A DNA stretch of 32,000 bases from assembly GCF_008000775.2 (NCBI RefSeq), contig NZ_CP042905.2:150001-182000 (forward strand), in the 5' to 3' direction. The notes beneath the pieces are model-generated. The model saw only the letters and a list, made by a program, of their open reading frames with translations, had not been told where the DNA came from and did no database searches. Within the stretch, counting starts at the first letter, position 1. Every line of letters starts with the position of its first letter. A program made the position numbers and the translations under genes. The DNA is from Promethearchaeum syntrophicum (lineage in GTDB: Archaea; Asgardarchaeota; Lokiarchaeia; Sigyniarchaeales; Promethearchaeaceae). Shown one piece after another: positions 1-9,230 of this stretch.

Positions 1-1
1 G

Positions 2-973
2 TTAGTCCCTGATGCTCATATTGGAAAAGGAATGGGTAATAAATTTCTTTCTGATTTATCACCTGCAGATGTATTATTACATATTATAGATATTTCTGGA
101 AGTTTAGACGCTGAAGGGCAAGAAATTGATGAAGGATCGAGAGATCCAATAGAAGATATAAAGTTTTTAGAGAAAGAAATAAATTTTTGGTTTAGAGATA
201 TTCTTATAAGAAAAGATTGGCAGAAATTTGTACGGAAAATTGAACAAGAAAAATTAAGCTTTGTTGATGTGTTTTATGAACGAATGGCAGGGATTTCTGT
301 AAAAAAAGACCATATCTATTTAGCAATGAAGGAGTCTAATTTAGATTTTGAACATTTAACAGTTTGGAGTGATGAAGATATTTTACATTTTGCAACGAAA
401 CTTCGTGAAATTTCAAAACCAATTATTATTATAGCAAATAAAGTTGATAAACCGAAAGGTGAAGAACTTTTAAAAAAGATCTCAAAGATTTATAAAAATA
501 CTATCCCATGTAGTGCTTTAGCAGAACTTTGGCTAAGAAAATTTGCTGAAAAAGGAATGATTGAATATATGCCCGGGGACTCACATTTCAAGATTATTGA
601 TAAGAACGGGTTATCTTCCCAAGAAATAGGTGCCCTAAAGAATATTGAAGATAAAATATTAAATAAATTTGGGAGTTCTGGTATTCAAGAAATAATAAAT
701 TATGCAGTATTTAATGTTTTAAAACAAATAGTGGTCTATCCTGTATATGATCTTAATACATATTCTGATAAAGATGGAAATGTGTTACCAGATGCGCATC
801 TTATTGAGAGTGGTACTAAATTAAAAGATTTTGTTGATGAAAAAATTCATTCTGATTTAGCAAAAAACTTTATTTATGGAATAAATGGACGTACAAAAAT
901 GAGATTGGGTGAATCATATATTTTACAAAATCATGATATAGTTAGAATTGTGTCAGCTTCAAAAGGAAAATAG
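2..973 (+). CDS. ychF: YchF/OLA1-family GTPase with C-terminal TGS domain, 5' truncated by window edge
   Basis: Frame is open back to base 2 (LVPDAHIGKGMGNKFLSDLSPADVLLHIIDISGSLDAEG), matching archaeal YchF G-domain sequence; G4 motif ANKVDKP; C-terminal TGS-like segment (VYPVYDLNTYSDKDGNVLPDAHLIESGTKLKDFVDEKIHSDLAKNFIYGIN). Confidence 0.88.
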   Translation, partial: LVPDAHIGKGMGNKFLSDLSPADVLLHIIDISGSLDAEGQEIDEGSRDPIEDIKFLEKEINFWFRDILIRKDWQKFVRKIEQEKLSFVDVFYERMAGISVKKDHIYLAMKESNLDFEHLTVWSDEDILHFATKLREISKPIIIIANKVDKPKGEELLKKISKIYKNTIPCSALAELWLRKFAEKGMIEYMPGDSHFKIIDKNGLSSQEIGALKNIEDKILNKFGSSGIQEIINYAVFNVLKQIVVYPVYDLNTYSDKDGNVLPDAHLIESGTKLKDFVDEKIHSDLAKNFIYGINGRTKMRLGESYILQNHDIVRIVSASKGK

Positions 974-1239
974 AAAACCAGAGAATTTGATTTTATATCC
1001 ATTTATTCATTATCACGTGATGATAAAGCAATATAAACCAGCAAAATAGCAATTAAACCTATGCTAAATAATTGTAATATTAATTTATACTGATCCATAT
1101 CCCAATCAGATATTTTAAGTGGAAAAAACATATTAATTCTAAAAACCCTCTTAAATAATTAAAAAATTTTGGTACATATTTTCTAGTACTCATTAACCTA
1201 TTTTTTATTAGGATATTAATTATATTTTACAATTTTAAA

Positions 1240-1312
1240 TGGACCCAGGGGAATTTGAATCCCCGACCCCCTGAGTGCAAGTCAGGTGCTCTACCAACTG
1301 AGCCATGGGCCC
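1240..1312 (-). tRNA. tRNA-Ala(TGC)
   Basis: Reverse complement GGGCCCATGGCTCAGTTGGTAGAGCACCTGACTTGCACTCAGGGGGTCGGGGATTCAAATTCCCCTGGGTCCA folds as a cloverleaf; anticodon loop CTTGCAC on stem CCTGA/TCAGG; 73 nt, no encoded CCA. Confidence 0.96.
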
Positions 1313-1405
1313 TCTAAATCAAAAATTATTTGTAATTAAAAAATATTACAAAATTATTTACATTTAATATTATATCAAAAAGAACTTAAAAAAGAAAAAG
1401 AAGAT

Positions 1406-1425
1406 CTATGGGCAAATGCCCATAG
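1406..1425 (-). other. Inverted repeat in 16S 3' trailer (also complementary to the leader)
   Basis: CTATGGGC(ATTT)GCCCATAG, 8-bp perfect stem, starting about 8 nt beyond the 16S 3' end. Confidence 0.6.
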
Positions 1426-1432
1426 AAATGTT

Positions 1433-2927
<1,495 letters not shown>

Positions 2928-3037
2928 TTAATTGTATCGAATCCTTCCATTATTATCCGCTCACTATAGAAAAAATTATTAGAATTGACAAGTTCATTAT
3001 ATATTTGATGAAACTTGCCCGTGTTCATAACTACTTC

Positions 3038-3059
3038 AGTCCTATTATACCATAGGACT
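3038..3059 (-). other. Perfect 8-bp hairpin in the pre-16S leader
   Basis: AGTCCTAT(GGTATA)ATAGGACT on the minus strand. Confidence 0.55.
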
Positions 3060-3149
3060 TCATTTTGTTTCCCAAATCTTTGGAAAGGAGTATTTCATAT
3101 CAATGGCATTTGCCGTGATCGATACTCACGCCGTTTAAGAGATGAGTAA

Positions 3150-3171
3150 TTTGAGTCGGTAAAGACTCAAA
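3150..3171 (-). other. Perfect 8-bp hairpin in the distal pre-16S leader
   Basis: TTTGAGTC(GGTAAA)GACTCAAA as read on the plus strand. Confidence 0.45.
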
Positions 3172-3293
3172 GTATAGAATGAAAAAGAAAATATAAACAT
3201 ATCGAAACTTAGAGTGGAAAAGTCAATGCGTTTTCTTCCTACTTAAATTTTGATATTTCAATTGAAAAGTAAATAAAATTATTGGAACACAAT

Positions 3294-3308
3294 CTTATTT
3301 AAATTTTT
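3294..3308 (-). promoter_or_regulatory. Candidate archaeal TATA/BRE element for the 16S-tRNA-Ala transcript
   Basis: Minus strand AAAAATTTAAATAAG, followed by a structured leader; spacing is plausible but the surroundings are AT-rich. Confidence 0.3.
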
Positions 3309-3564
3309 AGAAATATATTAGCAAACTGAAGGAACTAGAAGCATAAAATTTATTAATGTTGAAATTTGAAATGATATATAGTTTCTTTAAACTAAATTTT
3401 AAGTCTAAATTTTTAATTTATAGTTAATAAGTATTCAAATTTTTAAATCCAGGAGTAAAATATCTGCAATTTTCAACCTAATTTAGAATTTTTGTTTTTT
3501 TTTAGGTGTTTAAATATAATTATAGAGATTTTAAACCAATTGATCGGGTAGGTGATTTATAATC

Positions 3565-4560
3565 ATGCTCCAAGATGAAATAAAGAGAAATCTTGAGAAA
3601 ATTAAAGCAACAAGAGGTGTTGAAAATGTAGTTTTAACACAAAGAGATGGAAATCCAATTCATTATACTGGAATTTGGTTTTCAAAAGAAGAGATTTTTA
3701 GCATATCTGCAGCTACTTCTGCTATTTATAATTGTGGGATTGAACTTCATAAGGATAATTTGAAATATATTTTAATTGAGGGCAATAAAGCAAAAATTTT
3801 ATTATTTCCACTTAAGAATTACGGAAGTACAACTCTAAATAAAATAATCCGAGCACAAGATTTACAAGGAAACGATAACGATTTTTTTGTTGCGATAACT
3901 GCTCAAAATATGATCAATCTAGGAGGTATATTTCTCAAAACTCGTAATAGTTTAATTGAAATCAAAAAATCTCTCATTCTTTCTGGAGAATCATTCAAAC
4001 CTCCTTTAAGACATTTTTCAAAAAAAAATATTGATGAAATTATTGGATCTTCAAATGTTAGAGATGATATAAAAATTAGTGAAAATGTGCAATTATATTC
4101 CCTAAATATCCCTGAAATGATATATAAAGAATTAGATAATATTTTACGGGATCTTGGGAATCAGACCCTTGATCTCGTAAAATCATATATTGCCATTGAA
4201 GGAGGGTTTATTGTTTCTAGTTATCCCAAATTAAAAATTGATCAACATAAATTGGATTCTGAAGCTACTATGGGATATTCGCTTTTTAAAACAGCAGATA
4301 AATGTGCGTGGTTATTAAAAAAAATGCGAGTAAACTCAATTTTATTAGAATGTGTTGATAAATTTCAATTTATTAATAAAGTAGATTCAAATATTTTTTC
4401 CATTGAAATTGGTAAAGGGAGACAGAAACTAGGATTACTTCGATTAATTATACCAAGATATTGTAAAAAAATCACATCCATATTGGAAGAAGCTCGAAAA
4501 TACGAGATAAAACCTGTAAATCTAAATTTAGAAAAAATGTTTACAGAGTTAATTTTTTAA
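3565..4560 (+). CDS. Roadblock/LC7-domain protein, probably with two such domains
   Basis: N-terminal EIKRNLEKIKATRGVENVVLTQRDGNPIHYTGIWFSKEE..AATSAIYNCG is the typical roadblock/LC7 pattern; a second related segment (YIAIEGGFIVSSYPKL...EATMGYSLFKTADKCAWLLKKM). SD-like AGGTGAT upstream of the ATG matches the 16S anti-SD in this window. Confidence 0.75.
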   Translation: MLQDEIKRNLEKIKATRGVENVVLTQRDGNPIHYTGIWFSKEEIFSISAATSAIYNCGIELHKDNLKYILIEGNKAKILLFPLKNYGSTTLNKIIRAQDLQGNDNDFFVAITAQNMINLGGIFLKTRNSLIEIKKSLILSGESFKPPLRHFSKKNIDEIIGSSNVRDDIKISENVQLYSLNIPEMIYKELDNILRDLGNQTLDLVKSYIAIEGGFIVSSYPKLKIDQHKLDSEATMGYSLFKTADKCAWLLKKMRVNSILLECVDKFQFINKVDSNIFSIEIGKGRQKLGLLRLIIPRYCKKITSILEEARKYEIKPVNLNLEKMFTELIF

Positions 4561-4576
4561 AAAAGGAGATAATTTT

Positions 4577-5476
4577 ATGAATCTTATTGAATTATTTACA
4601 AACTCAAAAAATGAAGACATAGCATTAATCCTACATTGTCTTTTAGATAGAATTCCAATAGTAATTATTAGTTCAAATGAAGAAGAGGTTGAAAATATGA
4701 TGAATGGATTAACTAATTTGATATCTTTTCGCAATATCATGATATTTTATACAGATTTTGTTAATCTTGATGACTATAACAATTTATTAGAATCAGAAGA
4801 ATATGACATGGAAGTTCAAAGAAATATTTTTCTCTGTTATCCATTTGCTCTTGAAAAAGCTATTGAAATTTTTGAAGTTTTTAATTTTTGGATTATTGGC
4901 TGTACAAATACTGTTGAAAACAGGCCATGCTTAAACGCATTATTCAATAGATTAACTAAAAAAAATTCTCAATTTCTTCTAATAAATATACTTGAAGATT
5001 CCTTAGAAACTAGAATTGAAGGGATTAAAGGTGATAAAATAGATATTTCATTTGAAAAATCCTTATATCAGAATGCAATTAATCACACCGAAGTTGCAAT
5101 TGAAAAAATGAAAAGAATTATCTCTAAAAGGATTAACTCAAAAAAAATTTTGATTGAGGAATATGAAAATATCATGAATTTCTATTTTGAAGAGATGGAA
5201 TTAAAGGAAAACATTATAAAGAAAGAAATTACAGATTTTTATTTAGGTTCTAAAAGAACTTTGAATATTTTAACTCGTATAAAGAATTTAGAACATTTAG
5301 GATATTCAACAAGCATTTCTAGTAAGACTTTATTTTCAACTATTGCATATAATCAATCCTCGATCGAAAGAATTCTTAATTTTATAATGCAAGAGTGGAA
5401 TATGAATTATTATGCTTTATTGAATTCAAAAAAATCATCAAATTTTACAGATACATTTGAAAGTCTATGGGGTTAA
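4577..5476 (+). CDS. Uncharacterised protein of the roadblock/GTPase cluster
   Basis: 299-aa ORF with GGAG SD upstream; 16 nt after the roadblock gene and overlapping the start of the annotated GTPase ORF; no Walker A motif. Confidence 0.7.
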   Translation: MNLIELFTNSKNEDIALILHCLLDRIPIVIISSNEEEVENMMNGLTNLISFRNIMIFYTDFVNLDDYNNLLESEEYDMEVQRNIFLCYPFALEKAIEIFEVFNFWIIGCTNTVENRPCLNALFNRLTKKNSQFLLINILEDSLETRIEGIKGDKIDISFEKSLYQNAINHTEVAIEKMKRIISKRINSKKILIEEYENIMNFYFEEMELKENIIKKEITDFYLGSKRTLNILTRIKNLEHLGYSTSISSKTLFSTIAYNQSSIERILNFIMQEWNMNYYALLNSKKSSNFTDTFESLWG

Positions 5477-6053
5477 AAAAATGATTGTAAATTATAAATC
5501 AAAATTGATTCAAATTAAAATTGTATATTACGGTTGTGCATTATCAGGGAAAACAACTAGTTTAAAAAGCTTATTTAATAAATTTGGAAAAAATAGAGAA
5601 CTTACATCCATTGAAACAACAACTGGAAGAACACTATTTTTTGATTTCGGGACATTGCAGATGGTTGGTGGGGATTGGATGGTAAAAATTTTAATGTATT
5701 CTGCAACTGGGCAGGATTTTTATTCATCTACAAGACCAGCAACATTATCTGGAACTGATGGGATTGTTTTTGTTATTGATTCCCAAAGAAAATATTTTGA
5801 CGATAATTATCAATCGTGGAAAGAACTACATTATTATTTTGAAGAAAATATTTTCAAAATTCCTATTGTTTTATCTTTAAATAAACGAGATTTGCCTGAT
5901 GTTATTGAAATTGATGATGTAATAACCAAATATGAATTAAATAAATTTAAAACTACCCAGATAATAGAAACTATTGCACTTTCAGGGGAAGGTGTGACAA
6001 AAACGTTCAAAAGTATAATGTCTTTGATATTTCCTTCAATTAATATTAGGTAG
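5457..6053 (+). CDS. Small Ras-superfamily GTPase, MglA-like
   Basis: P-loop GCALSGKTTSLK; TGRTLFFDF; noncanonical G3 YSATGQDFYSSTRPATLSGTDGIVFVIDSQ (MglA style TxPGQxFY); G4 LNKRDLP; G5-like ALSGEGVTKTF. Start at ATG about 5481 is also plausible. Confidence 0.85.
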   Translation: MKVYGVKKMIVNYKSKLIQIKIVYYGCALSGKTTSLKSLFNKFGKNRELTSIETTTGRTLFFDFGTLQMVGGDWMVKILMYSATGQDFYSSTRPATLSGTDGIVFVIDSQRKYFDDNYQSWKELHYYFEENIFKIPIVLSLNKRDLPDVIEIDDVITKYELNKFKTTQIIETIALSGEGVTKTFKSIMSLIFPSINIR

Positions 6054-6059
6054 ATTAAA

Positions 6060-6434
6060 TTGGCACAAAATATTGAATTTTTATCAATTTTTTTTTTTGA
6101 AATTGATAGAAAAGTCATTTTAATCGCATTCATTTTTCTAATTTTGATAGTTTTAAGTTTTTTTCTTCTAATACTACCTGATTTTCTGCCAAAATTGATG
6201 ATTTTAACAATAGAAATAGGATTTATTTTTATAATTTTTCAAACTAGTAAAGATGTTTCATATAGAACAAGTTTCTTTTTAGATTTAATGCAAAATCTCC
6301 AAGGAATTACTGAAATCTCTTTAGAATATCTTGATTTAATCATAAGATTCGAAATTCAAATAAAAGCATTTAAATCATTGAGTTTCATGTTATTAGCAAT
6401 AAATTTTTTTTTTACATTGTTAGAGCTATTTTAA
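6060..6434 (+). CDS. Small integral membrane protein, unknown
   Basis: 124-aa ORF, TTG start, about three hydrophobic segments, 6 nt after the GTPase stop. Confidence 0.5.
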   Translation: MAQNIEFLSIFFFEIDRKVILIAFIFLILIVLSFFLLILPDFLPKLMILTIEIGFIFIIFQTSKDVSYRTSFFLDLMQNLQGITEISLEYLDLIIRFEIQIKAFKSLSFMLLAINFFFTLLELF

Positions 6435-6443
6435 AATATATAA

Positions 6444-6926
6444 CTATAATTTAATTTTCTGTATCAGAAATTCGCAATATTGATTCTCTTTGTTATTATT
6501 AGAGCATTTGATTTCTGATATCTTTACATTCTTCATGATATATTCTCCAAAACCATTTAAAATTCCAAGAACGTAGGTACAAATAAATTTTTTCTCTCGT
6601 TTTTCAAATTTTGAAATATTATAATATAATTTAATCGATATTTCTTCATCACTAAAAATTCCTAAAGTAAATTTTCCCCAACCGGTTAAACTTGTCATTT
6701 TTAGAAAATTATTTGAAAATCTTTTTAGATCTTTAGTTTCATATTGAGAATCACATTTTTCAGCAAGAAATCTACCGAATTTCTTTCCTAAATATTGAAA
6801 AATAGATTTTGAGCCAGTATTAAAAATTGAACCAAGAGAAGAAATAATATCCACCGGAACTAGTGAAACTTTTTCCTCACAAAAGAATAAACCATCTTCT
6901 TTATTAATAAGCTCTTTCATCTTCAT
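6444..6926 (-). CDS. V4R-domain (Bet3/TRAPPC3-related fold) protein
   Basis: GKKFGRFLAEKCDS...LTGWGKFTLGIFSDEEISIKLYYNISKFE...FICTYVLGILNGFGEYIMKNVKISEIKCSNNNKENQYCEFLIQKIKL matches the V4R pattern (GWG, F..G.L.G, E..C...G...C.F). Confidence 0.65.
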   Translation of the reverse strand: MKMKELINKEDGLFFCEEKVSLVPVDIISSLGSIFNTGSKSIFQYLGKKFGRFLAEKCDSQYETKDLKRFSNNFLKMTSLTGWGKFTLGIFSDEEISIKLYYNISKFEKREKKFICTYVLGILNGFGEYIMKNVKISEIKCSNNNKENQYCEFLIQKIKL

Positions 6927-7405
6927 TCCTCGTTTAATTGAAAAATTAATTTAAGCGTTTTCTTCTCATGATTTATATTATATTCTTCCTTTCCAAATAT
7001 TCTATTTTCTTTAAAAAAACTTAGAAAAAGTCCAAAATAAAGTTCGGCTATTGATTTCAATGAAAACAATTGAGGATAATTATCCCAAATAATTGATGAA
7101 TTAATCGAAATTTTAATTAACCTTTTTTTTTTAGTATAAAGCAATTTTCCATAACCCATTTGATATAATAAATCTAAAAGATATTTCATCTGTGAATCAA
7201 TTTTCTTCTTTTTCAATTTCGGATTTAAAGAAGTCCAAAGAGAGTCTCCAATAACATTCCCAATTTTATATAGTGATTCTTCGATATTTGTTTGTAATAA
7301 CATATGGAATTCAAATAGATCAGAAGGTCGCAAAATTACCAAGGGAAGATTTGAAGTTTTTATTTTTATATGGGATTTAATTGGATCAATTTCGATATTT
7401 TTCAT
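6923..7405 (-). CDS. Second, more divergent V4R/Bet3-like protein, coupled to the downstream one
   Basis: 160 aa, 4-nt overlap with the next ORF; RPSDLFEFHMLLQTNIEESLYKIGNVIGDSLWTSL...LLDLLYQMGYGKLLY...IAELYFGLFLSFFKE resembles the same fold without the cysteines. Confidence 0.45.
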   Translation of the reverse strand: MKNIEIDPIKSHIKIKTSNLPLVILRPSDLFEFHMLLQTNIEESLYKIGNVIGDSLWTSLNPKLKKKKIDSQMKYLLDLLYQMGYGKLLYTKKKRLIKISINSSIIWDNYPQLFSLKSIAELYFGLFLSFFKENRIFGKEEYNINHEKKTLKLIFQLNEE

Positions 7406-7475
7406 GAATGATATCTACATGGAAAATATTTGTATTAAAATTTTATTAGTATATTCCTAAAAAAAGCTAAAAGAT

Positions 7476-7793
7476 AAATGATCAACTCCTCAGATCTAAT
7501 TATCAAACAACTTCAATTATTTTGGGTCTCAACACCCAACAAATTGTGCATGAATTAGTGAACTTACGGTTGCTCCATCCCTGGCCTAGCCGATTTTGTC
7601 CTCTAAGTTAATTACTTTTTCTCTACAGGAAAAGCTTTAACCTAATCCATCTCAAAAAGCGAATGCTTCATAGACTAGTAAAATAATTTCTTTTATTTAA
7701 TTCATAAATTTTTAAAGTTTTTTCAGTCCATTATAGGCATGGCTCCACCCATTATAGGGTTTCAAGGAATTGCCTAAATCCCCACGATCATTT
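7476..7793 (-). ncRNA. ffs: Signal recognition particle (7S) RNA, archaeal type (candidate)
   Basis: GC-enriched 465-nt gap between ORFs. Minus strand contains helix-8-like CGGC-TAGG-CCA-GGGA-TGG-AGCA-ACCG (7567-7592), comparable to GGU-CAGG-UCC-GGAA-GGA-AGCA-GCC of known SRP RNAs. Termini pair (AAATGATC 7786-7793 / GATCATTT 7476-7483). Helix-5-like pairing AATTATTTT (7680-7688) / AAAATAATT (7515-7523), then GTCT/AGAC and GCATTC/GGGTGT. Total about 318 nt with helix 8 at position about 202-227, as expected for archaeal SRP RNA. Confidence 0.75.
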
Positions 7794-7870
7794 TTAGAAA
7801 TTCTTGGAAGTTTTTATTCTTTATTATAAAAAAAATAAATACTAAGAAATAAATAACTCCATTTTTTTCA

Positions 7871-9034
7871 TCAAAAACTAGCTAAAAGAAAATTTTTATG
7901 CTGATTTAAAAGAATTCTAAATAATTCTAGATTATCTTTAGAAAAAAGATTAATTCTTTTCAACTTCTTTATGTTAGTATAAAGCATTAAAGCTTTAAGT
8001 TCTACTTTATTCGAAAAAATTAAGATTGTTTCATATTTTAAATAGCCTTGATTTTTAAAATAATATAATAACAAATTGAAATTATTTTCTATAATTAAAA
8101 TTCTTATTTTATAAGCATTAATTAAAATATCAGATTTTGAGTTAAGTGTAAATTCAATTAACATTTCATTTAAAATCGAAGTGATTTTCTTTAAGAGAGA
8201 ATTATTCTCTTTTTCTTCTAGAAATTTAATTTTGATATCTTGGTCAATTTTCCTGTCAAGATTAAAATTTTTTATTAGATTATAAAAATCCACTTTTTCT
8301 ATTAAAACTGAGTTTGAAAGTTGTTTTTTTTTTATGAAATTAACAAAATCTATTTTGGAAATTTCTACTAATTTTAAATGGGGAATCAGTGGTAATGAAT
8401 TATTAAAATTTAGAAAATTTATTAATTTTTCATAAGATTGGGTTATTATGATGAAAGAAATTTTAAAAAAATTCTCATTTTTATGAGAAAATAAGAAATA
8501 ACCTTTAATTTTCATGGTTTGAAAAAATAATATTAATTGCTTTATTTGATTTTCTCTAAAAAAGGAATCTCCGAATTCAAATTTAAAAATATATTTTTCA
8601 TTTGCAATTTTATCGTCGATTAAAGAGATAAATTTTTCGTTTTTATTAATTGAAATATGAACATTTTTCATTTGACTAAATTCAACAAAATAAAAAAAAG
8701 AGTTTTCCAATTCTTTATTCATTTGCAATTCATAAATTATCTTTTTTTTTATAGTTGATAAACATAACAAAATGTCATTTTCAATATTGAAAATTGTTTT
8801 TAGAGATTTATTCTTGATTTTAATAAATAAAAAGGTGTTTTCTCCGCATATATCAATCACACCGAAGATTTTTTCGTTAAATAAGGCTTTTTTTAAGGTT
8901 TTAATTAATAAATCTACTATATTGGTATCATATATGCGAATAGAATAAAATCCTAAATAATACTTGGGAAACTTATAGAATAAAAGATAATTTTTAATTT
9001 GAAAATCTAATATAGATGGTCTTTTTTGAACCAT
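7871..9034 (-). CDS. Hypothetical protein
   Basis: 387-aa open frame with no recognised motif; stands alone between the ncRNA and tfb. Confidence 0.6.
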   Translation of the reverse strand: MVQKRPSILDFQIKNYLLFYKFPKYYLGFYSIRIYDTNIVDLLIKTLKKALFNEKIFGVIDICGENTFLFIKIKNKSLKTIFNIENDILLCLSTIKKKIIYELQMNKELENSFFYFVEFSQMKNVHISINKNEKFISLIDDKIANEKYIFKFEFGDSFFRENQIKQLILFFQTMKIKGYFLFSHKNENFFKISFIIITQSYEKLINFLNFNNSLPLIPHLKLVEISKIDFVNFIKKKQLSNSVLIEKVDFYNLIKNFNLDRKIDQDIKIKFLEEKENNSLLKKITSILNEMLIEFTLNSKSDILINAYKIRILIIENNFNLLLYYFKNQGYLKYETILIFSNKVELKALMLYTNIKKLKRINLFSKDNLELFRILLNQHKNFLLASF

Positions 9035-9230
9035 TATTTGAATTTTTCAATTTAAATTATTAAAATATCTATATTTTGAAGGGGATCTAATAAATTCTAT
9101 TTTCAGTTACCTCTCCAAGATGAAGGTTAACATGTTCAATAAAAGAGACTTAAAATATTATTGATAAGCATTTGAATTCTGAAAATTCAATTTAATATTG
9201 ATTGTATATTGAAATCTAAAGTGATTATCT

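Noticed and set aside
1012-1093. Possible C/D box sRNA (GTGATGA at 1017, CTGA near 1090) and 10-nt palindrome ATCACGTGAT
   Set aside because: No convincing D'/C' boxes or terminal stem; boxes this short occur by chance in AT-rich DNA.
4549-6133. Minus-strand ORFs 4549-4740 and 5834-6133
   Set aside because: Antisense to supported plus-strand coding regions; no recognisable motifs.
7522-7539. TTGGGT(CTCAAC)ACCCAA hairpin, considered as a separate terminator
   Set aside because: It lies inside the proposed SRP RNA, and the segment pairs better as part of the helix-5-like rod; it may be an alternative fold only.
7729-7758. Direct repeat CCATTATAGG ... CCATTATAGG, 20 nt apart, considered as a CRISPR unit or mobile-element duplication
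   Set aside because: Only two copies, and both lie within the 5' domain of the proposed SRP RNA; no array or transposase nearby.
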